Shown here: piece by piece, positions 49,557 through 59,369 of the stretch
Numbering within the stretch: the first letter of the stretch is position 1
How the letters are laid out: each line of letters starts with the position of its first letter
DNA from: an uncultured Spirochaetota bacterium
GTDB taxonomy: Bacteria; Spirochaetota; Spirochaetia; SZUA-6; Fen-1364
Length of the DNA stretch: 64,000 nt
Assembly (NCBI GenBank): GCA_963845535.1
Contig: CAWJSK010000019.1
Coordinates: forward strand, 384,001-448,000
Reading direction: 5' to 3'
The notes under the pieces: generated by a model
The model's input: the letters and a program-made list of their open reading frames with translations, nothing else
Databases searched by the model: none
Told to the model about the DNA's origin: nothing
Made by a program: the position numbers and the translations under genes

Positions 49557-51026
49557 TTACGACCCGGAGTCGAACACGGTCTTTCCCACCTCGTAGCGGC
49601 TCACGTCCAGAGTGCTGCGGTATTCCGCAAGATCCGTCAGCTCGCGCTTCAATTCGGGGAACGTGTATGCGAACTCGTTCGTGCCTTCCTGGACCACCGG
49701 CTCCGCCTTGAGCTGCGCCGCAATTCGCTGGAGGATTTTCCGGGAGACTTTTGGAAAGTCCTTTGGATCCAAGCCGGAGCCCAACGGCCGCACATTACGG
49801 GCATCCACATGCGCGGGGGAGGAAATGATCTGGCCCAGGATCTCCTTGCGCAACGCTTCCCTTCGTATGGCCTCGTTCTGCCGGGAAAGCCTTATCCTGC
49901 GGAAAAGGGGAACCAGGAAAAAGACGATGGAGAACAGCACGGGGACAATGCCGAGCCCGATCTCCAGGACCCCGACGGGATTGATGCTGACGTTCATAAG
50001 CAGATTGCCCGTGAAGGCGTAGAGAAAAGGTCCGGTCTTTCCCAGGGCCGCCGCCCCCTGCGTGAGGCTGATGGCCAGGAAGTACGTGCCGAAGAGCAGG
50101 TTGAAAGCGTTGAAGAATATGATCCAGCCGTTCGTCTTTGGTTTGTTTGCTGAGAAAGGCACCGGCCGCCGGGTGGGCCCGGCCTGAAGCTGAACGGTCC
50201 CCTGCTCCTGCGCGTCGCGCGATGTCCTCATCAGCTCGGCGAACGTGTAGATCAGGGTGCCGTTCTCCGTAACCCCCGGCTCTCCTTCGTACTCCAGGAG
50301 GAGCCTGTTCATCAGCGAATTGGCGTCATCACCTTCGCGGCCCGTCATGCCCATCAACTCTTCGAGCGTGATCACCCCTTTGTGGCCCTGGATGTAGGAG
50401 ATGACGTGCTTTCTCTCCCTTTCCTCCCAGCCCTGGTTGGAGTCCCCATCCCCGAAGACGAAGCCGAAAACCGACTTGTAGAAGGCGCGTCCTTCCCGGG
50501 GCCTGCGCTGCCGCTCGTTCATGCCCAGAATGGAGGACCAGAACCACATCCTCAAAATCAGGTCCAGGAGCTGCATGGCGAGATACATCCCGCCGAACCC
50601 GCCGCCGCCCCCTCCGCGACGGTCATCACGCCCCCCTCTGCCGGCCGCGCTCGCCGCCACCGAGGCCACGATGGCAAGGACGCCGATGGCCACGAAGGCA
50701 ACGAAGTAGCCGACGAGCATGGCCACGATCCATACTTTGAAAAGGAAAGAAAAGACGCGAGCCGCGCCTCGGGCGAAGTTTTTCCAGAATCGCCTCATGC
50801 CCGGCCCGAATCCATGGACCGTGCTGCGCATCCCGCCGGGGAAGTAATAGAGAAGCTCTCCGGACTCGGTGACTTTCAGGCGTCCCGCGTACTCATCCAG
50901 GGCTACTTTTGCGGCCTGCTCGACCTGGTATTTGGGCAGGCTGGTCCCTGAGATCATGTCGGCAACGGTGGATTCGCCGCGCCGGGTCTTGAGAAACGAA
51001 ACCAGCTTGTCCTCGACCCGGGCCAT
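49557..51026 (-). CDS. membrane protein of the At5g03900-like family (unknown function)
   Basis: TVAD...GRLKVTESGELLYYFP, SVFGFVFGDGDSN, GVITLEEL, GEPGVTENGTLIYTF; similarity recalled, not searched. Confidence 0.65.
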   Translation of the reverse strand: MARVEDKLVSFLKTRRGESTVADMISGTSLPKYQVEQAAKVALDEYAGRLKVTESGELLYYFPGGMRSTVHGFGPGMRRFWKNFARGAARVFSFLFKVWIVAMLVGYFVAFVAIGVLAIVASVAASAAGRGGRDDRRGGGGGGFGGMYLAMQLLDLILRMWFWSSILGMNERQRRPREGRAFYKSVFGFVFGDGDSNQGWEERERKHVISYIQGHKGVITLEELMGMTGREGDDANSLMNRLLLEYEGEPGVTENGTLIYTFAELMRTSRDAQEQGTVQLQAGPTRRPVPFSANKPKTNGWIIFFNAFNLLFGTYFLAISLTQGAAALGKTGPFLYAFTGNLLMNVSINPVGVLEIGLGIVPVLFSIVFFLVPLFRRIRLSRQNEAIRREALRKEILGQIISSPAHVDARNVRPLGSGLDPKDFPKVSRKILQRIAAQLKAEPVVQEGTNEFAYTFPELKRELTDLAEYRSTLDVSRYEVGKTVFDSGS

Positions 51027-51195
51027 GGGAAAATCATAAACCTTGGGGACGGTCGCCACGCCAAGCCTCCTCGTTCGAGAAGCTCCCTCGATACATTTAC
51101 GATATAACAAAGGCGGGCAATAGACAAAGGGGCTGGCGACCCGTCACGGCAAGCTTCCACGCAGCGTGGCGCGCCCCGGCGCAGCTCCTGCCCCC

Positions 51196-51224
51196 TTGAC
51201 AGATACCGGCGCTTCCAGTAGCTT
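51196..51224 (+). promoter_or_regulatory. sigma70 promoter of rpsT-HU
   Basis: TTGACA-N17-TAGCTT. Confidence 0.55.
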
Positions 51225-51274
51225 CACAACTTGTTGCGAGTGAAACACTTGCAATCGCGTGGAGGTGACGTTAC

Positions 51275-51541
51275 TTGTCCAGGAATCTCTCGGCTGAAAA
51301 AGACCAGAGGCAGAGCGAAAAGCGACGCCTGAGGAACAAGATGATCAAGAGCAGGGCAAAGACTCTCGTGAAAGACTTTGTCCAGCTCGTGGATGGCAAG
51401 AAGAAGGACGAGGCGCAGAAGAAGCTCACGGAGCTTTCTTCGTTCCTCGACAAGGCGGTCTCGAAAGGCATCTATCACAGCAATACCGCTGCCCGCAAGA
51501 AATCCCGCATGCACCACCTTCTGGGCAGCCTGAACGCCTGA
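51275..51541 (+). CDS. rpsT: 30S ribosomal protein S20
   Basis: SAEK..RQSEKRRLRN, LDKAVSKGIYHSNTAARKKSR. Confidence 0.96.
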   Translation: MSRNLSAEKDQRQSEKRRLRNKMIKSRAKTLVKDFVQLVDGKKKDEAQKKLTELSSFLDKAVSKGIYHSNTAARKKSRMHHLLGSLNA

Positions 51542-51557
51542 AGAAGACGGGCCAATC

Positions 51558-51857
51558 GTGGCCAGGGAAAAACTTTCCAAGGCCGAAATAGTCGAGAACA
51601 TCTACCCGCAGGTCAAAGCGAGCAAGAAGAACATCCATCGGATCATCGACTTGTTCTTCGACCAGATAAAGTCCGGTCTGCTCGCGGACAGAGTGATCGA
51701 GCTGCGCGGTTTGGGGACGTTCGAGATTCGCACCCGCAAGGGGCGCAAGGCAAGAAATCCGAAGACGGGTGACTCGGTGGTCATCCGGGACCACGGGGTG
51801 GCCCATTTCCGGCCCGGCAGGGAGCTGAAACAGAAAGTCTGGGACTTACGGAGTTAG
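51558..51857 (+). CDS. HU/IHF-family DNA-binding protein (Hbb-like)
   Basis: IELRGLGTF, ARNPKTG, FRPGRELK. Confidence 0.93.
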   Translation: MAREKLSKAEIVENIYPQVKASKKNIHRIIDLFFDQIKSGLLADRVIELRGLGTFEIRTRKGRKARNPKTGDSVVIRDHGVAHFRPGRELKQKVWDLRS

Positions 51858-51895
51858 GGCTCTGTCGGGCCTGGGAGCATCTTTGAGCGGCAGCC

Positions 51896-53589
51896 ATGAC
51901 TACCGGAGAGCGCGCGGTGCGGCCTAGTGTGATCCCGGACTCCCGGAAGCAATCTTCTGGGAAGGTCTTCATCGACCTGGGGCTGCTGATCCTTTCGGCC
52001 CTCCTTTTTGCGCTATCCTTTCCAAGCTTCCTCTCAAACGGCGGATGGTTCCCCCTGGGCTTCCTCTGCCTTGCGCCTCTGTTCGCGGTTGTTCACCGTT
52101 CGAGCTGGGCGGCCGTCCCCTTCTACGGCCTGTTTTTCGGATACGTCTCCTACGTGCTTTTCAACTACTGGCTGGGCAGCTTCCATCCGCTCACCCTGGT
52201 CGTGGTGCCTCCCATCTACGCGGCCTATTTCCTGGTCGTCCTGCCCGCGCTCAAGCTTGCGGACAGCCTCTTTCCTTCTTTCGGCTTCATTCTCCAGTCT
52301 GCTCTCTGGGTCTGCTACGAATATTTCCTGAAGTCCAACGGCTTCCTCGCGTATTCCTATGGGAACATAGGCTACTCGCAGTATCCATTCATCCCCTTCA
52401 TCCAGATCGCGGACGCCATGGGCATCTGGGGCGTGTCCCTCATGGTCGTATATCCTTCCGCCCTCATCGGCAACGCGTTTTCCCGAGGTCTGCGGCATTT
52501 CAGAAGCTCATGGAAATCCTGGCTGGCGCCGGCGGCGCTCTACGCGGCGGTGTTTGCCGTGGTCGTTCTCTATGGACTCTTTACACAGGTGGACACCTCG
52601 AAATCCCGCCAGTGGAAGGTCGCTCTCGTGCAGCAGGACGTCGACCCGTGGAGGGGAGGGTACAACGCGTATCGGCAGTCACTGGATGTCCTCCTCAGGC
52701 AGAGCAGGAAAGCCATCACGGAAAACCCAGACATCGTGATCTGGTCGGAGACCTCGTTCGTACCGGCCATCGACTGGCACACCCGCTACCGGCCGGCAAT
52801 GAGACCTACGGGCTGGTCCAGGAGCTGCGCGCTTTCCTCGACACGCAGACGGTTCCCTACGTGGTGGGCAACGATGACGGCGAGCTGCAGCGCGTGGCGG
52901 AGGACAAGGAAATCCGAGTGGACTACAACGCGGCCATCCTTTTCGACAAGGGCCGCATTGTCGACACGTACCGCAAGCTCCACCTCGTGCCGTTCACGGA
53001 GTCTTTCCCGTTCAAGAAGCAGCTACCGGGGATCTATGACTGGCTCGTGAATGCAGACACGCACTTCTGGGAGCAGGGCAAAGCATACACCGTCTTCGAA
53101 GCTGACGGCGTTCGCTTCTCCACGCCCATCTGCTTCGAGGATACATTCGGCTACCTCTGTCGGGGGTTCATCCGCCACGGCGCGCAGGTGCTCGTCAACA
53201 TGACCAACGATGCGTGGTCTTTCTCCGTACCCTGCGCCATGCAGCACATGACCATGGCGGTGTTCCGCGCCGTTGAGAACAGGCGTTCGGTGGTGAGATC
53301 CACCAATGGCGGCATGACCACCATCATCGATCCCAACGGGCGCATTCGGGAGACCCTTGCCCCATTTACCGAGGGCTCCCTGATTGGCAACGTGCCTGTC
53401 TATACGGGCACCACGACGCTCTACACGATGTGGGGGGACTGGTTCCCCTGGTTGCTCCTGGTCCTGAGCGCTGCCGCGTTCGCCTTCGGCATTGGAAGGT
53501 TTCTTGCCCGACGGAAGCCGAAGTCCGGAAGCCGACCCGGACCACGAGCAACCGTTGACAGCCATCATTTTGTAGAGCACAATAAATAA
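51896..53589 (+). CDS. lnt: apolipoprotein N-acyltransferase, paralogue 2 (frameshift near 52795)
   Basis: TM part and WSETS in ORF 51896-53050; YRKLHLVPFTE, PICFED, RAVEN in the frame ending at 53589. Confidence 0.9.
53555..53583 (+). promoter_or_regulatory. putative sigma70 promoter of response regulator-TPR-bactofilin-cinA
   Basis: TTGACA-N17-CACAAT. Confidence 0.5.
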
Positions 53590-53601
53590 GGCGAGGACCG
53601 C

Positions 53602-54351
53602 ATGAAACTGAGGGGCAGAATCCTCATTGTCGACGACGAACCAATCAACCTCGAGTTTTTCGACGTCATGTTGAGCAAGCTAGGCTTCCAGATAGAGAAG
53701 GCAGTTGACGGGGAGGAAGCCTTGGAGAAGGTCACGGCCTGCAACCCGGACCTCATCATCCTGGATAATGTCATGCCGAAGCTTTCCGGCTGGGAAGTCA
53801 CTCGCACGCTCAAGCATGACCCGGAGTACCGCCGTTACCGCAACACGCCCATCATCATGTTCTCCGCAATGAACGAGGTCAAAGACAGGATCGAGGGGTT
53901 CGAACAGGGCGTTGATGACTACATCACCAAGCCGTTCAACTTCTCGGAGGTCCTTGCCAGGATTCGCGCGGTGCTCAGGAACCGTGAGCTTTCGCGCCAG
54001 CTCCTGCGCCGGGAAAAGCGAATTGCCGTGGTGGAGTCCCTCAACAACTCGCTCGTGTTCTTTACTCAGCACATCAGGAAGCCCATCTCCGAGCTTCTGG
54101 CGCTGGCGGAGAAGCTTGACGGGAAGGACAGCGCCGAGGTCCAGAAGCTTCTCGGCATGCTTCGCAAGGAGGGACGGGAGATCCTGGCGAGCTTGAGCGG
54201 GCTCGAAGAAGAGGTGGCCGAGCTGAAAGGCAAGGGAGAGAAGCTCAAGCAGGGAGACCTTTCCCTCGGGGACCTGGAAAGGAAGCTCCGCAAGAACCTT
54301 CGCGTGCGCGCCCAGGAACCGGCGAAATCCGCTGAGGAGGAGGACGCGTGA
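53602..54351 (+). CDS. response regulator (REC domain plus helical/coiled-coil C-terminus)
   Basis: IVDDE, LDNVMP, SA, DYITKPF; no DNA-binding or enzymatic output recognised. Confidence 0.88.
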   Translation: MKLRGRILIVDDEPINLEFFDVMLSKLGFQIEKAVDGEEALEKVTACNPDLIILDNVMPKLSGWEVTRTLKHDPEYRRYRNTPIIMFSAMNEVKDRIEGFEQGVDDYITKPFNFSEVLARIRAVLRNRELSRQLLRREKRIAVVESLNNSLVFFTQHIRKPISELLALAEKLDGKDSAEVQKLLGMLRKEGREILASLSGLEEEVAELKGKGEKLKQGDLSLGDLERKLRKNLRVRAQEPAKSAEEEDA

Positions 54352-54569
54352 TCGCGGATGACAAGAAGCAGGCAATCGAGCTCTTCGCGGAGGGCAGGAA
54401 GCTGTACAAGCTCATGAAGTTCGCTGATGCGCGTGAGGCGTTTGCGCGCGCGCTCACCGCGTGCCCGCAAGACGGACCGTCGAAGGTCTATTTCACCCGC
54501 TGCGCGTATTACGTCGACAACCCGCCCCCGGAGGACTGGGACGGCGTGTTTGTCATGACGACGAAGTGA
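54348..54569 (+). CDS. small TPR-like protein resembling the C-terminal module of membrane class III adenylate cyclases
   Basis: G..LY...F..A...F..AL...P.DGPS..Y..RC......PP..WDGVF....K. Confidence 0.75.
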   Translation: MIADDKKQAIELFAEGRKLYKLMKFADAREAFARALTACPQDGPSKVYFTRCAYYVDNPPPEDWDGVFVMTTK

Positions 54570-54575
54570 CGAGCC

Positions 54576-54989
54576 ATGGCAAAGAGCGAAGACCACAAGG
54601 CAACGGAACGGATCAGCACCACATTGGGACGTGAGACCGAGTTCAACGGCGTCATGCGGTTTCGCGACTCCCTGAAGGTCGACGGAGCATTCTCGGGGGA
54701 AATCATATCCTCGGGGTTCCTGTACATCGAGCAGGGGGCTTCCATCACCGCGAACATCCGCGTCGGATCAGTCGTCGTGGGCGGCACCGTCCACGGGAAC
54801 ATCGAGGCAACGGAGAAGCTGGAGATGCTCGCAAGCGGCAAAGTCTACGGCAACATCCGCACGGCAAAGCTGAAGATCGCGGACGGCGTTGTTTTCGAGG
54901 GCAAGTGTGAAATGATCAAGAACCCGCAGGCCATCAACATTTTCTCCGGACCGGTGGAACAACTGAAGAAATCTGCCCAGAGTGTGTGA
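54576..54989 (+). CDS. bactofilin, second paralogue
   Basis: TTLGRET, LKVDG, GKVYGNI, DGVVFEGKC. Confidence 0.92.
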   Translation: MAKSEDHKATERISTTLGRETEFNGVMRFRDSLKVDGAFSGEIISSGFLYIEQGASITANIRVGSVVVGGTVHGNIEATEKLEMLASGKVYGNIRTAKLKIADGVVFEGKCEMIKNPQAINIFSGPVEQLKKSAQSV

Positions 54990-56235
54990 GGGAAAAGCCG
55001 CCGTCGTTCTCTCCGTGGGAACGGAGCTGACCGAAGGCATCATCCAGGACACCCATATTCGTTTTCTCTCCAGCGAGCTGACGTCCCTCGGCTTCACGGT
55101 GTGCCGAGGAGTGCAGATCCCGGACAACCCTCGCCAGTTCACGGAGGAGGTGGAGAGGGCGCTCCATGAGGCGTCGCTCCTCATCCTTACCGGCGGCCTT
55201 GGCCCGACCACGGATGACCTCACCCGGGAGATCGTCGCGCGCGCCGCAGGAGCCCCCTTGGAGTTCCACCGCGAGGTATGGGATTCCATCGTGGAAAGGT
55301 TCAAAGGCCGCAAGGTCTCCGACACCAATCGAAAGCAGGCGGAAGCTCCGCGCGGGTTCCCCTTGCTGCCCAACCCCAACGGGACCGCGCCGGGCTTTTA
55401 CGGGCAGATCGGCGGCGCGCTCGTGGTAGCGCTCCCTGGCCCGCCGTCTGAGCTTCGGCCCATGTTCACCCAGAGCGTCGTCCCCGTCCTTGCCGAGCGG
55501 TTTGGAAGCGCTTCGGCGCGGGATATTCTCTGGGGCACCGCCCTGATGGTGCCGGAGTCAAACCTCGAGGAGGCGCTGCGGACGGCGCGCCAGGGCGGTA
55601 TCAGCTGGGGAACGAGGGTGGACGAGGACCGCATTTCCTTCAGCCTCAGGGGAGGGACGGCGGATGAACGGGAGGCGTGTTTTGCGTCGCTTGCATCCTC
55701 CCTGGGCCCAACGCGGATCAGGCGCGGGGAGACCCGGCCGGCGCAGCTTCTGAGCGACGCGCTCCTTGATCGAATGATCACGGTCGTAACGGCCGAATCC
55801 TGCACCGGCGGCCTCATCGGGAAATACATGACGGACCTGGCCGGCAGCTCGCGCGTCTACTGGGGCGGTTACGTCAGCTACTCGAACGCGGCAAAAGCAG
55901 GCATGATCGGCGTGGACGGGCGGATCCTGGAAAGCTCGGGCGCGGTTTCCGAGGAAGCCGTCACCGCGATGGCGCACGGCGCGTTGTCCCGGTCCGAGGC
56001 GGGGATCAGCATGGCGGTCTCGGGTATTGCCGGTCCGGACGGCGGTTCGGCGGACAAGCCGGTCGGGACGGTGTGGATTGCGGTTGCGCTTCGGAGCGGA
56101 GAAACAGCGGCACGGCTCTTCAACTTTTCAGGCTCCCGCGACATGATCCGTCGAAGAACCGCGGTGGCCGCAATGCTTTTCGCGGAGGCCATGCTCTTGG
56201 GCCGGGGCTTCCTTGACACCCGGACGAAGTGGTAA
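54982..56235 (+). CDS. cinA: CinA family protein (MoCF-like plus PncC/NMN deamidase)
   Basis: SVGTEL, TGGLGPTTDDLT, GTAPG, LPGPPSE, AESCTGG, SGIAGPDGG. Confidence 0.93.
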   Translation: MCEGKAAVVLSVGTELTEGIIQDTHIRFLSSELTSLGFTVCRGVQIPDNPRQFTEEVERALHEASLLILTGGLGPTTDDLTREIVARAAGAPLEFHREVWDSIVERFKGRKVSDTNRKQAEAPRGFPLLPNPNGTAPGFYGQIGGALVVALPGPPSELRPMFTQSVVPVLAERFGSASARDILWGTALMVPESNLEEALRTARQGGISWGTRVDEDRISFSLRGGTADEREACFASLASSLGPTRIRRGETRPAQLLSDALLDRMITVVTAESCTGGLIGKYMTDLAGSSRVYWGGYVSYSNAAKAGMIGVDGRILESSGAVSEEAVTAMAHGALSRSEAGISMAVSGIAGPDGGSADKPVGTVWIAVALRSGETAARLFNFSGSRDMIRRRTAVAAMLFAEAMLLGRGFLDTRTKW

Positions 56236-56241
56236 TATATT
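56213..56241 (+). promoter_or_regulatory. sigma70 promoter of rho
   Basis: TTGACA-N17-TATATT. Confidence 0.65.
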
Positions 56242-56344
56242 AAGCGGTAAAGAGTCTTCACAAGCCACTCAGGCCTGCATGCAACCTAATCAGTAAATCG
56301 CGTTTACATTTGACACGACGGGCCAGGATTTAACGGAGCACCAC

Positions 56345-58054
56345 ATGGGAACGAATGACCACGACAACGAGACGCAACCGCAGCCGGTGGACCACTCGGG
56401 GGAGGTGTCGTTGACGAACGACTCTCTTCTGAACGGAGATGCCGACGAGCAGGGGCAGAACCGGTCTGGTCAGAATCGCGGGGATCAATCCGAGGGATCT
56501 CGGCCCAAGAGGCGCGTGGCACGCAGGAAGATTCGCGTGGAGCTCATCAAGGAGCCTGACCGGGGTGAGGAGGAGAGGGCTGACGGCATGGGGGACGACG
56601 CCGGCGTGGAAGCGTCCCCGGGCCCCGTTGCCGCCGCGGAGGCCGCGCCACAGCAGCCCGCTGGACTGCCTGCCACCGGCAGCGCATATGCGGCCGCTTC
56701 GGCTCCTGCCACCGCGGGCGGAATTGCGGGGGGCGCCGCTTCAGAGGCGGCCGCCCGGGTCTTCACGCAGAGCGACAATCGTCTCCACATCAACGACCTG
56801 AGCCAGATGAGCATGCCTGACCTGCGCGGCCTCGCATCGAAGATGGGCGTGAACCATGAAGCGCTCATCTCCATGAAGAAGCAGGAGATCATTTTCCAGA
56901 TCCTGAAAGCCCACACGGAGAAGGGCGGCGCAATCTACGCCTTCGGCGCGCTGGAGATCCTTCCCGACGGGTACGGGTTCCTGCGGTCTCCCAACTACAG
57001 CTACCTTCCCGGACCGGATGATATCTACATTTCCCCGTCGCAGATCCGCCTGTTCAACCTGAAGACCGGTGACACGGTGGCGGGACAGATCAGGTCCCCC
57101 AAGGAAGGGGAGCGGTTCTTCGCCATGCTGCGCGTGGAGACCGTGAACTTCGATCCGCCGCTGGTGGCCCAGACGAGGATCCCGTTCGACAACCTGACGC
57201 CGCTGTATCCGGATGAGAAGCTCAACCTGGAGACGGTGACGGAGGAGATCTCCACAAGGATCATCAACCTCTTTTGCCCCATCGGCAAAGGGCAGCGCGG
57301 CCTGATCGTCTCCCCGCCAAGAACGGGAAAGACCATCCTCATGCAGAAGATTGCCAACGCCATCACGGCCAACCACCCGGAGGCGTTCGTCATCGTGCTG
57401 CTGATCGACGAGCGGCCCGAAGAGGTCACCGACATGCAGAGGAGCGTCAAGGGTGAGGTGGTTTCCTCCACCTTCGACGAGCAGTCCACGCGGCACGTCC
57501 AGGTGGCGGAAATGGTCATTGAAAAGGCAAAGCGCCTTGTCGAGCACAAGCGCGACGTGGTGATCCTCCTGGACTCCATCACGCGTCTGGCGCGCGCGTA
57601 CAACCAGACCGTGCCCACCTCAGGGAAGATCCTCTCGGGCGGCGTTGACTCCAACGCGCTTCACAAGCCCAAGAGGTTCTTCGGCGCCGCCCGAAACATC
57701 GAGGAGGGCGGGAGCCTCACCATCGTGGCAACGGCCCTGGTGGAGACGGGGAGCCGAATGGACGAGGTCATCTTCGAGGAGTTCAAGGGCACGGGCAACA
57801 TGGAGGTCATCCTGGACCGCAAGCTCTCGGACCGCAGGCTGTTCCCGGCCATCAACATCAAGAAGTCCGGCACCAGGAAAGAGGAGCTCCTCCTCACCGA
57901 GGAGCAGCTTCAGAAGATGTGGGTGCTCCGACGGGTCATCAACCCCATGGAGGACGCGGAGATCATAGAGCTGCTGATTGACAGGATGAAGAAAAGCAAG
58001 AATAATGAGGCTTTCCTGAAATCGATGAATACGTCGTCGGTCACTGATGCCTAA
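56345..58054 (+). CDS. rho: transcription termination factor Rho with long N-terminal extension
   Basis: [55 protein letters not shown]. Confidence 0.99.
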   Translation: MGTNDHDNETQPQPVDHSGEVSLTNDSLLNGDADEQGQNRSGQNRGDQSEGSRPKRRVARRKIRVELIKEPDRGEEERADGMGDDAGVEASPGPVAAAEAAPQQPAGLPATGSAYAAASAPATAGGIAGGAASEAAARVFTQSDNRLHINDLSQMSMPDLRGLASKMGVNHEALISMKKQEIIFQILKAHTEKGGAIYAFGALEILPDGYGFLRSPNYSYLPGPDDIYISPSQIRLFNLKTGDTVAGQIRSPKEGERFFAMLRVETVNFDPPLVAQTRIPFDNLTPLYPDEKLNLETVTEEISTRIINLFCPIGKGQRGLIVSPPRTGKTILMQKIANAITANHPEAFVIVLLIDERPEEVTDMQRSVKGEVVSSTFDEQSTRHVQVAEMVIEKAKRLVEHKRDVVILLDSITRLARAYNQTVPTSGKILSGGVDSNALHKPKRFFGAARNIEEGGSLTIVATALVETGSRMDEVIFEEFKGTGNMEVILDRKLSDRRLFPAINIKKSGTRKEELLLTEEQLQKMWVLRRVINPMEDAEIIELLIDRMKKSKNNEAFLKSMNTSSVTDA

Positions 58055-58092
58055 AACGTCAGGAGGCCGTTTCAGAACACGGAGGAACTGAT

Positions 58093-58296
58093 ATGAGAAC
58101 TGACATACATCCCAGATACGAAGTAACCACAATCACGTGCGCATGCGGGAACGTCATCCAGACGAAATCCACGTCGAAGGACATCAAGGTGGAAATCTGC
58201 TCCAAGTGCCACCCGTTCTACACGGGTAAGCAGCACCTGGTGGATACCGCAGGGCGCGTGGAACGCTTCAAGAGGCGCTACAACATCAAGGATTAG
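58093..58296 (+). CDS. rpmE: 50S ribosomal protein L31, Zn-binding type
   Basis: [24 protein letters not shown]. Confidence 0.98.
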   Translation: MRTDIHPRYEVTTITCACGNVIQTKSTSKDIKVEICSKCHPFYTGKQHLVDTAGRVERFKRRYNIKD

Positions 58297-58354
58297 AGGT
58301 CCGAAGGCCGAACCGGACTCAGTGGCGAGCGGGGCCGAAAGACCCCGCACGACA

Positions 58355-59101
58355 TCAAGGCCTGAGACCCCGAAGCGAAGCCGCCAGCTCGGTCATTCTC
58401 CGCCAGTGAGACCCGCGCCAGAAAACCCTCCCGCACTCGGGGCAGGTTGCGAAGTCTGAATACTCGCGGGCCACGGCCGGCGGAAGCCGCGCCATGACCT
58501 CGTCTTTGGCTACCCTCTCGAGCTCCACATTGCACTCGACGCATCGGATGCCCAGGCGGACAAGCGCGGAAAGGTCGAACCTGCGCACCACCTCGCCCAC
58601 CTGATCGCGCGGGACCAGGGAACGCACCAGGTAGCCGTGCGTCACGCTGCGCCGCTTCAGGAGCCCGCGGTCGCGGGTGAGAATGATCCGCTTCTCCACC
58701 CTGGCCACGCGGACCAGCTCTTCGTCGTCCATGGCGTTCTTGTAGAACGAATCGAAACCGAACATCCGAAGGAGACGTGCCAGGCGCCCCAGGTGGACGT
58801 CCAGTGCAAAGCGGACCTCGCGCAGCGGAGCGGGGCGCACCCGTGAGAGCGGGCCGATGTCCCAGGACTCGAACTTCGGGTAGACGCTGATCCTTTCCCC
58901 TTGCGCAGGGCGATACGAGAAATCCACCGACTCGCCGTTTGCGAGGACCAGGTCGACCTCCGTGTGCGGCACGCCAAGGTCCTCGATGAGGGCTTTTACC
59001 GTGCAGCCCCGAGGGACGTCGACCTCGAAGGGTCGTTTGCGTTTTTCCAGCGGGAGGAAGGCATTCAGCTCTTCGTAGAAGCGGATGGTCACTGATGCCA
59101 T
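58355..59101 (-). CDS. Mut7-C ubiquitin-like/RNase domain protein
   Basis: RFYEELN, LGVPHTEVD, LDVHLGRLARLLR, ILTRD, RC..CN, CPECGRVFWRGSH. Confidence 0.92.
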   Translation of the reverse strand: MASVTIRFYEELNAFLPLEKRKRPFEVDVPRGCTVKALIEDLGVPHTEVDLVLANGESVDFSYRPAQGERISVYPKFESWDIGPLSRVRPAPLREVRFALDVHLGRLARLLRMFGFDSFYKNAMDDEELVRVARVEKRIILTRDRGLLKRRSVTHGYLVRSLVPRDQVGEVVRRFDLSALVRLGIRCVECNVELERVAKDEVMARLPPAVAREYSDFATCPECGRVFWRGSHWRRMTELAASLRGLRP

Positions 59102-59369
59102 GTCGGTATTGTAGCCCCTGAGTAAAGGTCGGTATTGCAGTAATTGTTTTAAGAAAACTTAACATTGCTGCAATCAAGCCTCAACGAAGCGCGCGTACCT
59201 TTTGATCTGAAGGCATTCGGTGAAACCCAAGACACCGACGCACGGAGGAGGGCATGTGGCGAGATATCGTTGGCAGTTGGAAAAACCCCGCACCTTGGCT
59301 TCAAATGCCGGGAAAAGACACCATGCCGGCGCAAGCAGAGACGCGCAACCCTTGTTTTCCTGTTCCCCC

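Noticed and set aside
11788..53589. Programmed frameshifting or real pseudogenisation of purF, lnt, pfkB and others
   Set aside because: No slippery heptamers and no further decay in these genes; sequencing indels are more parsimonious
58297..58354. Structured RNA between rpmE and the Mut7-C gene
   Set aside because: Two short GC hairpins between convergent genes, adequately explained as terminator-like structures
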